Source: Treponema sp. (GTDB lineage Bacteria; Spirochaetota; Spirochaetia; Treponematales; Treponemataceae). Taken from it: 64,000 bases of DNA. The notes under the pieces were generated by a model. It saw nothing but the letters and a program-made list of their open reading frames with translations, was not told where the DNA came from and ran no database searches. Both the position numbers and the translations under genes were made by a program. Within the stretch, counting starts at the first letter, position 1, and each line of letters starts with the position of its first letter. Of this stretch, positions 41,559-51,477 are shown piece after piece. The stretch is taken from assembly GCF_017469785.1 (NCBI RefSeq), contig NZ_JAFUFU010000008.1; one strand, written 5' to 3'.

Positions 41559-42290
41559 CTATTTTCCTTCTGTTGGCTCACTTTCGTCGAAAACTTCCCG
41601 CTTGAAAAGCACGATGTCACGGATTTTGATTGAGCAGGCTGTGTTAAGTTCTGTTTTTGTCGTTGAATCGCTGATAATCGGCACGTCGAAGTAGTGGTAT
41701 GATTTTTCGTAGCCCTCGACTTCGATTTCTAGCTCGAATTCAAATTTGCGGCTTTCTCCTGCTTTTGCTGCTGGAATTGGTTTAGCCCAGAAAGTGAAAG
41801 CTCCCTTTGTGCTCTGGAATGTCTGGGTCGGATTTGCCCATGTCATATCCACCATGTCAACAGAGGCTCCATCAAGCTTGAGCGTTATTTTTGCTCCTGA
41901 AATTGGCTCGAAAGTGCTTCCGTCGAGAACCGTTCCGGAGAAAGTTGGGAAGTTGTAGCTTGGGTTTTCTTCTTTTTTTACTTCACATTCTTCTCTTGGA
42001 AGTGTATGGAAAGGTCGCTTGGTTGAAGATATTATCCTGAGACCGTCCATAGCGACGGCAGAAATATCCGCGATGAGCTGGTGGTCGGCAAAGATTTCAT
42101 TTGAATGAGTGACTCCGCGACCAGAAACTACATATTTCGGTGGAATTCGGTTGAGGACATAACTGATTGTATCAAGACGGCAGTTTTTGCAATCGCATGT
42201 GAGCCAGGGAGAGTTTGCTTTTTTTACCTGTTCGTAAAGGGCATTGACCTCTGCAGTGACTAAATCTTCCATCATGTTGTGTACGTTCAT
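41559..42290 (-). CDS. ComFB-domain protein with a carboxypeptidase-regulatory-like beta-sandwich C-domain
   Basis: A GGAGATAATT RBS precedes the ATG at 42290. NVHNMMEDLVTAEVNALY...CDCKNCRLDTISYVLNRIPPKY is ComFB-like. GTVLDGSTFEPISGAKITLKL is CarboxypepD_reg-like. Confidence 0.65.
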   Translation of the reverse strand: MNVHNMMEDLVTAEVNALYEQVKKANSPWLTCDCKNCRLDTISYVLNRIPPKYVVSGRGVTHSNEIFADHQLIADISAVAMDGLRIISSTKRPFHTLPREECEVKKEENPSYNFPTFSGTVLDGSTFEPISGAKITLKLDGASVDMVDMTWANPTQTFQSTKGAFTFWAKPIPAAKAGESRKFEFELEIEVEGYEKSYHYFDVPIISDSTTKTELNTACSIKIRDIVLFKREVFDESEPTEGK

Positions 42291-42378
42291 AATTATCTCC
42301 AGTAAAGCGTGCCATAAAGACACGCTTTTATTATAAGCGATATTCTTGCTTAAAGCAACCTTTATATTAGTGCCTTCC

Positions 42379-44406
42379 TTAGTTTCCGCCCTTGCGCGTG
42401 TAGGCCGCCAAACCGCCTGCCATGATGATTTTGGCTGAGCGCTCTGCGATGTCGTTCACGCACTCAATCTCGGTTTTGCCGTTGATGAGGACTTTGAAAG
42501 GCTTGCCGTTTTTAAGGGAATCGTCCAAATCCTTAAGCTCCAAGGTGTCTCCCTGAGCGATTTTGTCGTAGTCAGCGGGATTTTTGAAGGTCATGGGGAT
42601 GATTCCGTAGTTAATCAAGTTTGCCTTGTGGATTCGGGCAAATGATTTTGTGATTACGGCACGAACGCCCAGGTACATCGGTCCCAAAGCCGCATGCTCA
42701 CGGCTTGAGCCCTGACCGTAGTTTTCGCCGCCTACGACACAGCAGTCGGCGAATTTTGCCTCTTCGCTTCGGGTGTAGAAAGTCTCGTCCAAGCGGGCCA
42801 GGGTGAATTTTGAGATTTCAGGGATGTTGCTTCGTAATGGAAGAACTTTTGCTCCGGCCGGCATGATGTCGTCTGTGGAGACATTGTCGCTTGCCTTCAG
42901 TCTGACCGGGAGAGAAAGATTTGACTTGTACTCGCGGCAGGCCGGGCATGGCTTAATGTTAGGCCCGCGAAGGATTTCGACTTTTGAAGCCTCGCTCTCT
43001 GGCAGTGGCGGGATAACCATGGCACGGTTTGTGGCGCAGTTTAAGACCATTGGGCTAGACAATCGAGGATCGTTTCCGTCCAGCATGGAGATTCTGACAC
43101 CTGTCTTGTAAGCCGGGTCTTCGTAAGAAAGTGTCTCTGCCTCGGTGAAAACGCCTGTTACGGCGGCGGCCGCTGCTGTCTCCGGCGAGACGAGGTATAC
43201 ATTTGCGTCGGCGGTTCCGCTTCGTCCCTTGAAGTTTCGGTTGAAGGTGCGGAGGGTTACGCCCTCGCTGTTGGGAGCGAAGCCCTGGCCGATACAGGGA
43301 CCGCAGGCAGATTCCAGGATTCGGAAGCCGGCTTCGATTAAGTCCTCAAGGATTCCGGCCTTGCTTGCCATCAAGAGAGTAGTGCGGCTTCCCGGTGCGA
43401 TTCCGGCCTCTACTCCCGGAGCGATGTGCTTTCCTTTTACGATTGCGGCAACGCTTTCAAGGTCGTCCAAAGAAGAGTTCGTGCAGCTTCCGATTACGAC
43501 CTGAGTGACTTTTTTGCCGGAAAGATTTTTTACGCTGTCGATTACATCAGGATTGTGGGGGCAGGCTGCCAGCGCGTGAAGCTCGTCCAGGTTGATTTCG
43601 ATGAGCTTGTCATATTCAGCTCCCTCATCTGCCTTCTGCTCGCTCCAGTCTGAGCCGCGACCCATTGACTCAAGGAAGCGTTTCGTAGAGGCGTCTGACG
43701 GGAAGATAGAGCAGGTGGCTCCAAGCTCCGCGCCCATGTTTGTGATTGTGGCTCTCTGGGGAACGGTGAGTTTTTCAACGCCCTCACCGAAGTATTCGTA
43801 GATTGCGCCTGTTCCGCCCTTTACGGTTTCGCGGCGGAGAACTTCAAGGATGATGTCCTTTGCGCCGACGCCTTTTTTGAGTTTTCCAGTCAATTTTACG
43901 CCGAAGATTTTTGGCATGGGTGTGTGGAAGGCGCCTCCGCCCATAGCCACGGCTACGTCAAGACCGCCCGCACCGATTGCAATCATGCCGATTCCGCCGC
44001 CAGTCGGGGTGTGGCTGTCAGAGCCGAGAAGTGTTTTGCCCGGTTTTCCGAAAGACTCCAGGTGAACCTGATGGCAGATACCGTTGCCCGGTCGGGAGAA
44101 ATAAAGTCCGTATTTTGCCGCCACTGACTGCAAGTATCGGTGGTCGTCCATGTTCTTGAAGTCGGTCTGCAAGGTGTTGTGGTCGATGTATGAAACTGAA
44201 AGCTCTGTCTTTACGCGGGGAATTCCGATCGTCTCAAACTGAAGGTAGGCCATGGTGCCGGTGGCGTCCTGAGTGAGCGTCTGGTCAATGTGAATCGCGA
44301 TGTCCTCGCCTCGTTGGATTGGAGTGCCCTTTTTGAAATCGATATTGGGGCAGGCTTCTGGAACTATGTGTTCCTGCAAGATTTTTTCGGCAAGCGTAAG
44401 AGCCAT
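42379..44406 (-). CDS. Aconitate hydratase (aconitase superfamily, large and swivel domains fused)
   Basis: GSDSHTPTGG, IGSCTNSS and CGPCIG are the Fe-S ligands. GENYGQGSSREHAA marks the swivel domain. Confidence 0.85.
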   Translation of the reverse strand: MALTLAEKILQEHIVPEACPNIDFKKGTPIQRGEDIAIHIDQTLTQDATGTMAYLQFETIGIPRVKTELSVSYIDHNTLQTDFKNMDDHRYLQSVAAKYGLYFSRPGNGICHQVHLESFGKPGKTLLGSDSHTPTGGGIGMIAIGAGGLDVAVAMGGGAFHTPMPKIFGVKLTGKLKKGVGAKDIILEVLRRETVKGGTGAIYEYFGEGVEKLTVPQRATITNMGAELGATCSIFPSDASTKRFLESMGRGSDWSEQKADEGAEYDKLIEINLDELHALAACPHNPDVIDSVKNLSGKKVTQVVIGSCTNSSLDDLESVAAIVKGKHIAPGVEAGIAPGSRTTLLMASKAGILEDLIEAGFRILESACGPCIGQGFAPNSEGVTLRTFNRNFKGRSGTADANVYLVSPETAAAAAVTGVFTEAETLSYEDPAYKTGVRISMLDGNDPRLSSPMVLNCATNRAMVIPPLPESEASKVEILRGPNIKPCPACREYKSNLSLPVRLKASDNVSTDDIMPAGAKVLPLRSNIPEISKFTLARLDETFYTRSEEAKFADCCVVGGENYGQGSSREHAALGPMYLGVRAVITKSFARIHKANLINYGIIPMTFKNPADYDKIAQGDTLELKDLDDSLKNGKPFKVLINGKTEIECVNDIAERSAKIIMAGGLAAYTRKGGN

Positions 44407-44482
44407 TGTGTACCTCTTGAAAAAAAAATTTCAACTATTATATACCTTTCAATTTTCTTGTGCTATACTATAAATAGATTTT

Positions 44483-45199
44483 ATGGGAAATAAACTTCGT
44501 TCTGTTTTTTTCTGTCTCTTTCTCACGTTGCCCGTCCTGCAGTTTTTATCCTGCTCAAATTCGGCTCAGGATCTTGTCATCGAAGAAGATATTCCCACTC
44601 TCAGGTATACAGCCGATTCTTTATACAATTCTACTGTCTGGACCGAAGAGCTTGAAATTGACAGACTTACGTCAAAGGTGTCTTCTGTGGCAGGAGTCTC
44701 TTCAAAACTCAATCTTACGCCCCTCATACTTTTGGCCCAGAATCCTTCTTGTTTCACCCCGGTTTTTCCTGTGCTGGATTCCTTCGGTTCCCTTGACACG
44801 ACTCTGATTTCAAAATCGCTCCGGGAAATGCTTTCCTCTTTTGCTGAGTCTGTTTCTGTGAATTCTGATGCCGACTCATTCATGTCAAAAGACTGTCTCT
44901 ATTCCCTTTCATTGTTTTATTCCGATTTCACACGGATTTTCTCCGGATGTTTTGATTTTTCGGATCAGGCTGTCTCTTCTGCCGAAAGTGATGAGACCCA
45001 GTTTACGAAAAAGCATTTTTTCACTTCTTTTGTGCTCGGCCAGCCTTTTGTTGACGGCGTGAGCTATGAGGTGCCGCTGAAATTTTTCTGTGACAAGGCG
45101 ACAATGACGCTTTCTGTTTTTTGCGTCGAGCAGTCTGGCTCATGGAAGATTGAGCAGATTCAGATATGCGATTGGGAGATTATCAATGGAAAGGACTGA
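44483..45199 (+). CDS. Lipoprotein, function unknown
   Basis: MGNKLRSVFFCLFLTLPVLQFLSC contains a lipobox. Confidence 0.65.
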   Translation: MGNKLRSVFFCLFLTLPVLQFLSCSNSAQDLVIEEDIPTLRYTADSLYNSTVWTEELEIDRLTSKVSSVAGVSSKLNLTPLILLAQNPSCFTPVFPVLDSFGSLDTTLISKSLREMLSSFAESVSVNSDADSFMSKDCLYSLSLFYSDFTRIFSGCFDFSDQAVSSAESDETQFTKKHFFTSFVLGQPFVDGVSYEVPLKFFCDKATMTLSVFCVEQSGSWKIEQIQICDWEIINGKD

Positions 45200-46019
45200 A
45201 CTGACCGGCATCGAACGGCAGCTGGTCCTTGAGTATCTCATGGACGGAAATGCCGCCGTAACGCTCTCCTTTGCAAAAAACGCTGATGATTATGCAGGAG
45301 ATAAAAATGTTGTTTCCGCGGAATTTCCTGTCGCCCTCAGGGCGGAGCAGCTCAAGGTTCTGGAGCAGGGTGTCATTCTCTTAAAAAACGTTCCGGCGGC
45401 GGCTGCTGACTTTGAGGGTAAGACTGTAAAAGTTCAGTTTTATTTCAACAGGCTCTCACTGTTTTTTTTCTCAAAGGTCCAAAGAGTTTCCGCAGGGCTT
45501 GCCCTTGTCGTTCCTTCTGTCATTTCAAAATCCGAGGACAGGCAGGTGAGCGAACGGTCAGGCCTTTCGGTTACGGTCTACTATGAAACGGCTCTTCAAA
45601 AAAAATTGAATCAAAAAATAGATATTTCATGTGACTTTGACAGCCGTTTCCCGCTTTTTGTTCGCTCTGATTATAAGAAAATTGTCGATTCCTATCTTTC
45701 AGGGCCTGAAAACAGAAAAAAAGACGCAATCGAAAACCGTGCCTACGCTCCTCTTGTCATCTATCTTGATTCCGAGCGGATTTTGTTTGGGGCCAGGAAA
45801 TCTGATATGCCTTTTTCATCCGGCGTTGAGTATGCGGTTCTTGTTCGTTTCCCGATCGCGGGTCCGATAAAAGAGCGCAAGGTGTATTTCACCTGCCTGG
45901 TTGATGAGATGTTTGAGAACTATGAATGCAACCGTCTCTGTGCTTGTGCGCGAATTTCTTCTATCCGTGAGGAAGATAACCGCTTTATGAGCGATAAAGT
46001 GCTTGCTCGTTCCCTTTGA
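45186..46019 (+). CDS. Hypothetical cytoplasmic protein
   Basis: The ATG at 45186 overlaps the upstream stop by 14 nt. No motif is recognised. Confidence 0.5.
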   Translation: MERTELTGIERQLVLEYLMDGNAAVTLSFAKNADDYAGDKNVVSAEFPVALRAEQLKVLEQGVILLKNVPAAAADFEGKTVKVQFYFNRLSLFFFSKVQRVSAGLALVVPSVISKSEDRQVSERSGLSVTVYYETALQKKLNQKIDISCDFDSRFPLFVRSDYKKIVDSYLSGPENRKKDAIENRAYAPLVIYLDSERILFGARKSDMPFSSGVEYAVLVRFPIAGPIKERKVYFTCLVDEMFENYECNRLCACARISSIREEDNRFMSDKVLARSL

Positions 46020-46069
46020 TTTTTCTCCATTATGTAGACTAAATTCAGTCAGACTGATAAAATGGGAAT

Positions 46070-46552
46070 ATGTTATCGAATGCCGGCTTGCAGTTGCAGG
46101 CTTTGTTGAACAGTTCTGTTTTTTTAGCGTGCGTGTTCAGCTGGCTTTGCGCGCAGTTCATAAAAACAGTCATCAAGCTCTTTTCAGGAAATGTCCATAG
46201 TCTCAGCGAATTGTTCGAGCTTCTTTTTTGGGGTACAGGGAGTATGCCGTCAAGTCATTCTTCGATAACATCCTGCTTGTGCACGTCAATCGCATATCAT
46301 TCAGGTATTGATTCTGATATCTTTATCCTTTCGCTGGTGTTCTATCTTGTAACGATTCGTGATGCTGTCGGAGTCCGGCGCGCAAACGGTCGGCAGGCAC
46401 GGCGGCTCAATGAAATCGGTCAGATTCTCAAAGAAAAAGGTTTGTACGACGATTTCAAAAAACTGAAGGAAGTGAACGGTCATTCTCCCATGGAGGCTTT
46501 TGTCGGAAGTCTCCTTGGTTTTTTTATTGGAATCGCCTTCTGCGTCCTTTAA
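46070..46552 (+). CDS. DUF212 / divergent PAP2 (acid phosphatase / vanadium haloperoxidase-related) membrane protein
   Basis: GSMPSSHSS and DAVGVRRANGRQA...GHSPMEAFVG are family signatures. Confidence 0.75.
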   Translation: MLSNAGLQLQALLNSSVFLACVFSWLCAQFIKTVIKLFSGNVHSLSELFELLFWGTGSMPSSHSSITSCLCTSIAYHSGIDSDIFILSLVFYLVTIRDAVGVRRANGRQARRLNEIGQILKEKGLYDDFKKLKEVNGHSPMEAFVGSLLGFFIGIAFCVL

Positions 46553-46567
46553 AATGGTTGGTCGCGA

Positions 46568-47962
46568 ATGAATTTTAATGTAAAAATATTTCTGCCTGCT
46601 CTTGTGGCTTTTGTAATGTTCTTCTTGCTCTGTCAGTTCCGCTCGGTTCCAGTCAGTCAGTTCTGGAAAGGGTACAGAATGCTCTATGTATACAGCGAGC
46701 AACTTTCAGAGAATGAAATTCTTGCAGTCCTTGAGAAAAATGGCTGCTCTTCCATTGTCTCTTCCAGTGTTCAGAAACTTCCTGTGTCATCTCAGATTGC
46801 CCCTGTCCAGGCTCAGGATTCCCGCTCTTATCTTTTTCGACGTTCAGAATTCTTCACGGACAAAAATCATCGCGCAATGGTTTTCTATGTTCCTGACAGT
46901 CAGGTCTCGGCCATGGAGCGGGGAATGCGCGAGTTGGCCGCTTTTCAGGGAACGGCACTCGGTACTGACGGAAAAGCTTCTTTTCCCTGGATTGCTCCTA
47001 TAATCACTCTTCTGTTGTTTGCTCTCTTCATCGCTTTTTCAAAAAACAGGATTCTGTATCTGTTGGGCTCTTTTTTCTTTATATTGCTTGCTTTCTGCCG
47101 TCCTCTTTTCACTGTCGGCGCGGCTTCCATGCTGTATCTTTTCGCTTTCTTCCTCTTTCACCGTTTCTGGGCGAGAGCTTATTTCTTGAAAACGGCCATG
47201 AACAGTCCGTATGTGCTTTTGTTTTCCTTGTCGCCGCTTCTTGTGCTTCTCTTATCTTCTCCCTTGCTCTCGGTTTTTTATCTTCTTGCGTTTATCGGCT
47301 CTGCCAGCGTCCTTTATCTATATTTCCTTTTCCAGCAATGGGTTGAAAGCCGCTGTTCTTTTAAGCCTGTCTTTATCCGCAGCGCAAGGATGATTCCCGT
47401 ATTCGGCAGGCTCGGCATCCGTCTGCTTGCGGCTCTTTTTGCCTCACTTGTCGCGATTCTTCTCTGCTTCAAGCTTTCGGGAAGCGTTGCCTCGATTTCA
47501 GCTTCTGCGGCCATGCCTTCCTTGCCGGCTCCAGTATCCCGTGATTCCGGCGAGCTTGTGAATTTCTCAGATTTTATCAGCTGGACCTGGAATACCGTGA
47601 CTTTCCCATACAAGAAAATCACGGAAAATACCGGCTCAGAGCCTCGAGAAGGGGAGCGGGTTTCTATAAAGGACTATCAGGAGCAGGATGGTCGCATAGT
47701 AACCGTGGAAACTCAGGCTTACGTTTATAATTCTGATTTCCGGGATTCTGTCTATAAACTTGTCGAAAATCTTGATTATCCGGCCCTTGAGAAAATGATG
47801 CTAAGGCAGGGGAAAAATTCCGGCTACGCTTATACAAAAAAAGCGTCGGTTTCAACGTCAGAACGATTCGCCTCTCTCCTCATCATTGTTTTCTGCACTT
47901 TGACGGCTGCAATCGGAATCTATTATATTATAGGAAGAAAACGTTATGGTCTCAGCATCTAA
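46568..47962 (+). CDS. Polytopic membrane protein, unknown function, overlapping the rnfC-like start by 17 nt
   Basis: One N-terminal TM segment, about 7 central TM segments and a C-terminal TM anchor. No motif is recognised. Confidence 0.55.
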   Translation: MNFNVKIFLPALVAFVMFFLLCQFRSVPVSQFWKGYRMLYVYSEQLSENEILAVLEKNGCSSIVSSSVQKLPVSSQIAPVQAQDSRSYLFRRSEFFTDKNHRAMVFYVPDSQVSAMERGMRELAAFQGTALGTDGKASFPWIAPIITLLLFALFIAFSKNRILYLLGSFFFILLAFCRPLFTVGAASMLYLFAFFLFHRFWARAYFLKTAMNSPYVLLFSLSPLLVLLLSSPLLSVFYLLAFIGSASVLYLYFLFQQWVESRCSFKPVFIRSARMIPVFGRLGIRLLAALFASLVAILLCFKLSGSVASISASAAMPSLPAPVSRDSGELVNFSDFISWTWNTVTFPYKKITENTGSEPREGERVSIKDYQEQDGRIVTVETQAYVYNSDFRDSVYKLVENLDYPALEKMMLRQGKNSGYAYTKKASVSTSERFASLLIIVFCTLTAAIGIYYIIGRKRYGLSI

Positions 47963-49274
47963 TTTTATTTCTGCCGACAAAGATTTGCTTGTCTCTTCAG
48001 TGAATGCTTTCCTTCCTAAAACCGTATTTATTCCCCTCTGTGAGGATGATTCAGAAGATGTTGAAGTCACTGTTTCTGAAGGCTTGCGGGTAAAGGAAGG
48101 AGACGTCATCGCAAAAAACCGGAGTATGCACATTCATTCATCTGTTCCAGGCATCGTGCGTAAGATTGCCCAGATGCAGTACAGCAATGGAAAACAGGGA
48201 CTGTGCGCCGTAATTGATTTGAATGGGGCTTTTTCATATCTTGGACGCAAGTCTGTAAGGCAAGACTGGAAAAACTATGACAGCTCAACCATTCATTTTC
48301 TGCTCAAGGAAAACGGGGTAGTGAATACCTTCGATAAGGAAATTCCTATTTTCTCCCAAATAAAGAAATGCCTGGCGGCAAATGGCAGTATCCTTGTTCT
48401 GAGGCTTTTTGATTCTGATCCAAGCTATGTAACAGATTCTTTTATCGCAAAGCATCATCTTGCGGAGGTTCTTGAAGGGGCTGCTCTTGTTGCCCGTGCA
48501 GCTTCGGCAAAGAATATAGTAATCGCCTATTCGGTGAGCGACAAGGATTCCTTAAAATCAGAGCTGGATAATCTCCTTGCCCGTTCAAATGAGCTTTTAG
48601 GCCCAAATCTTGAGGCCTTTACTGTAGGCATGGACACAAAAAAATATCCTGCCGGAACCATGCATGACATCACCGCCGCTATTAAAAAAACATATAAAAG
48701 TGATTTGTTCTCAAAGCTCGGAAAAAAAGATTTGTTCATTGACAGCGTGTCGGCCTTTTCTTCCTATAATGCCGTGGTTCTCGGTCGGCCTGTGGTAAGC
48801 GATTTTGTGCATGTTACCGGGGAATGCTTGAATTCCGCCGCATTGCTGAATGTCAGAGTCGGAACGACCTTGAGCGATATCGTCAATCAGTGCGGTGGCT
48901 TTAAGCGGAAACTGTCAAAAATCATCATAAACGGAATCATTGCCGGAAAAGCCGTGAGCAGCCTTGACGTGCCGGTTAATCGTGGCGTAAAATCCGTTGA
49001 ATTTATTCCAGTCCACAAGGTCAAAATTCAGAATACGGAGAATTGCATTCGTTGCGGAAATTGCCGCAAAATCTGTCCGGTACATTTATGGCCCGGAAAT
49101 CTATATCGTGTCGCTCATCTCCAGACTCTCGAAACGGCATGTACGAGTGACAAAAATGCCCATGAGACTGTCGTTCTTTGCACTGAGTGTGGATTGTGCA
49201 ACGCAGTGTGTCCGTCCAGGCTGCCTCTCAGCCAGACAATATCTTTGCTCAAGGATTCATTCAATGAAAAATAA
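47946..49274 (+). CDS. RnfC-like subunit (divergent)
   Basis: The RnfC_N-like SEGLRVKEGDVIAKN...HIHSSVPGIV and two ferredoxin motifs (CIRCGNCRKICP, CTECGLCNAVCP). The GxGGAGFP nucleotide/FMN motif was not found. Confidence 0.6.
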   Translation: MVSASNFISADKDLLVSSVNAFLPKTVFIPLCEDDSEDVEVTVSEGLRVKEGDVIAKNRSMHIHSSVPGIVRKIAQMQYSNGKQGLCAVIDLNGAFSYLGRKSVRQDWKNYDSSTIHFLLKENGVVNTFDKEIPIFSQIKKCLAANGSILVLRLFDSDPSYVTDSFIAKHHLAEVLEGAALVARAASAKNIVIAYSVSDKDSLKSELDNLLARSNELLGPNLEAFTVGMDTKKYPAGTMHDITAAIKKTYKSDLFSKLGKKDLFIDSVSAFSSYNAVVLGRPVVSDFVHVTGECLNSAALLNVRVGTTLSDIVNQCGGFKRKLSKIIINGIIAGKAVSSLDVPVNRGVKSVEFIPVHKVKIQNTENCIRCGNCRKICPVHLWPGNLYRVAHLQTLETACTSDKNAHETVVLCTECGLCNAVCPSRLPLSQTISLLKDSFNEK

Positions 49275-50343
49275 GGAAAACGCATATAAATCTGTCTTTC
49301 TCAGTCCCTTTAAGTATCTCAGGCCTTCTGTCCGTGTCGAGTCTTATATCGTGCTGGTCTTGCTATGCCTGCAGGTACTCATGCTGATTCTCACGAAGTC
49401 TGTGGATTCCCTTTTAATTGTCCTTGCCACCCTGCTTGCTTCCTATGCGGCTGATTTCAGCAATGCCGAGCAGAACTACAAAAAGCCTTTCGTTGTAATC
49501 GCAAGCTCAATCCGGGCTCTTGTAATCGCTTTGCTTCTGCCAGCCGGATTTCCGCCCCTCGCGGTTTTTTTCATTTCCTTTGCGGTTCTTTTCATAAACA
49601 AGCATACTTTAGGCGGATTTGCTAATTCATGGATTAATCCCGCCGCCATCACGATTGCAATATGCTGGATTATTGGAATGAAATTCTTCCCGGAACTTAC
49701 AGTTTCTGACGCTGCCTTGCAGTCGAAGAATATCGCCCTTTCGCTTATCAGTGACGGAACTTTCCCGCAAAATTCCCTTGATGTTGCCGTCACGAATTTC
49801 CTCAACAGGCGTTTGTTCAGTTTATTCGGTGTTTCGATTCCTGAAGGCTATTTCTCTATTTTCTGGGATTCTCATTCAGCTATTCCTGCTTTCCGTTTTA
49901 ATCTACTGACTCTTGTTTCTTCTATCATATTGCTTTCTTGCGATGTGCTTAATCCCATCATTCCCTCGGTTTTCATATGTACCTATGCTGTGCTCGTGAA
50001 AGTTGCGGCACCTGTTTTTTATGGGGGTGTCATTTTTCAGGGAGATGTAATCCTTGCATTGCTTTCAAGCGGTACGCTTTTCTCGACTTTTTTCTTGCTT
50101 CAATGGCATGGAACAACTCCTTTCTCAAACCGTGGAAAATGGCTGTACGGTCTTTTTGCCGGGGTTCTGGCATTCTTTATTCTGGGAATCGGACTTTCCC
50201 CGGTGGGGTTTGCCTTCATCATTTTGATTTTGAATATTCTTTCGCTTTTCATACAGAGCGTTGAGAATCATTTCCTTAAAGATTATACCAACTCCGTGCT
50301 TTTGACTAAGAGTAAGGCTGTAAAGGAAGGAAACGATGCGTAG
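49264..50343 (+). CDS. RnfD/NqrB-like membrane subunit (divergent)
   Basis: GGFANSWINPAA aligns with GGLGQNPFNPAM of RsxD. LLSSGTLFSTFFLL...SNRGKWLYGLFAG aligns with LLSGATMLGAFFILTDP...TNRGRLIFGALAG. The start at ATG 49264 overlaps the rnfC-like stop. Confidence 0.6.
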   Translation: MKNKENAYKSVFLSPFKYLRPSVRVESYIVLVLLCLQVLMLILTKSVDSLLIVLATLLASYAADFSNAEQNYKKPFVVIASSIRALVIALLLPAGFPPLAVFFISFAVLFINKHTLGGFANSWINPAAITIAICWIIGMKFFPELTVSDAALQSKNIALSLISDGTFPQNSLDVAVTNFLNRRLFSLFGVSIPEGYFSIFWDSHSAIPAFRFNLLTLVSSIILLSCDVLNPIIPSVFICTYAVLVKVAAPVFYGGVIFQGDVILALLSSGTLFSTFFLLQWHGTTPFSNRGKWLYGLFAGVLAFFILGIGLSPVGFAFIILILNILSLFIQSVENHFLKDYTNSVLLTKSKAVKEGNDA

Positions 50344-50827
50344 GTTTTTAAATCTTGATAATAAATCCAAAAGAATACTGAAAAATTTTCTCATATTTTT
50401 CGGACTGATTTTCGGAATGGCTGCCATACTGGTCATTTTTTCTTTGGCGGCTGGAAATTCTTGGAAGATCGGGCTTGCGGTGGAAGTTCAGTCTGTCCTT
50501 GATTCATATCCGGACGGGCAGTATACGGTCGGGAAAAACCTTGAACTCAAGTCGGCTCTTAGTACCAGCTCGGCTGTTTATTCCCTGATAAAAAAAGACG
50601 AGCGCAAAAACGAAAAATATTACGGCATAATAGTGAGAATCCCCTCTGTTCTGGGGCCTCTTCCCGCGGTTTTCATTTACAACGATTCTAAGGGCGTATC
50701 TTTCGCCGGGTATGCTGTCGACAATGGTAAGGCGGAAGAGACTGTGGATATACGGATTGCAAACAGTATCATGAGTTATTGGGAAGAGATGATTCCTAAA
50801 ATTATTGAAAAGGCTGAGGCCAATTAA
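50336..50827 (+). CDS. RnfG-position single-TM protein, truncated relative to RnfG
   Basis: An N-terminal TM segment plus a small periplasmic domain. At 163 aa, it ends before the region that carries the S/TGAT flavinylation motif in RnfG. Confidence 0.4.
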   Translation: MRRFLNLDNKSKRILKNFLIFFGLIFGMAAILVIFSLAAGNSWKIGLAVEVQSVLDSYPDGQYTVGKNLELKSALSTSSAVYSLIKKDERKNEKYYGIIVRIPSVLGPLPAVFIYNDSKGVSFAGYAVDNGKAEETVDIRIANSIMSYWEEMIPKIIEKAEAN

Positions 50828-50838
50828 AGGAAAGGACT

Positions 50839-51477
50839 ATGAGCGACAGTAAAAAAATATATTTCTACATTGCGACTAATCTCGCTTTTCTAATTCCCGT
50901 GCCCGGGCGATTTGCCTATGCCGTGATTATGGCTCTGCTTTTTAATCTTCAGATGGCGACAGTCACGCTGTTTTTTCATGCGATTCATCGTCTTCATCTC
51001 GCGAATATGCAGAATGCGCTCCTTTCGCTTCTTATAATTTCCCTCTGTATATTCTACAAGCAGCTGCTGATTATTTTTTGTCCGGTTGTGGCCCTTACGC
51101 TCGGTTTTTGTATATATCTGCCGATGCTTGCATCTGTCATAATGGATTTCTTCTTCCTTGATTATGAACAGGGAGGCAAGGCTCATCTGCTGGAAAATAT
51201 CAAAAAATCAGGAATCATGAGCATATTTATGCTTGTTTTCTTCAGCATCCGGGATGTGTTCGGATACGGCACATTTACTTTGCCAGGGTGGAAAAGACTT
51301 GTAGTTTTTCATCTTCCGTATAATCCTGAAAGCACCAGTTCAAGTGTATTCCTTGCCACTATTCCCGGAAGTTTAGTGCTGATTGCATTGCTCTTGACTA
51401 CATATATCTTCCTGAGAAAAAAATTACGGATTGTCACGAATGCTTATGAAGCCTTGAGCGAAGGGGGAAATTCATGA
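50839..51477 (+). CDS. RnfE/NqrD-like membrane subunit (divergent)
   Basis: SIRDVFGYGTFTLPG aligns with SLREIIGNGTLF, and VFLATIPGSLVLIALLL with FLLAMLPPGAFIGLGLML. The LGLCP and TNC cysteines are absent. Confidence 0.5.
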   Translation: MSDSKKIYFYIATNLAFLIPVPGRFAYAVIMALLFNLQMATVTLFFHAIHRLHLANMQNALLSLLIISLCIFYKQLLIIFCPVVALTLGFCIYLPMLASVIMDFFFLDYEQGGKAHLLENIKKSGIMSIFMLVFFSIRDVFGYGTFTLPGWKRLVVFHLPYNPESTSSSVFLATIPGSLVLIALLLTTYIFLRKKLRIVTNAYEALSEGGNS

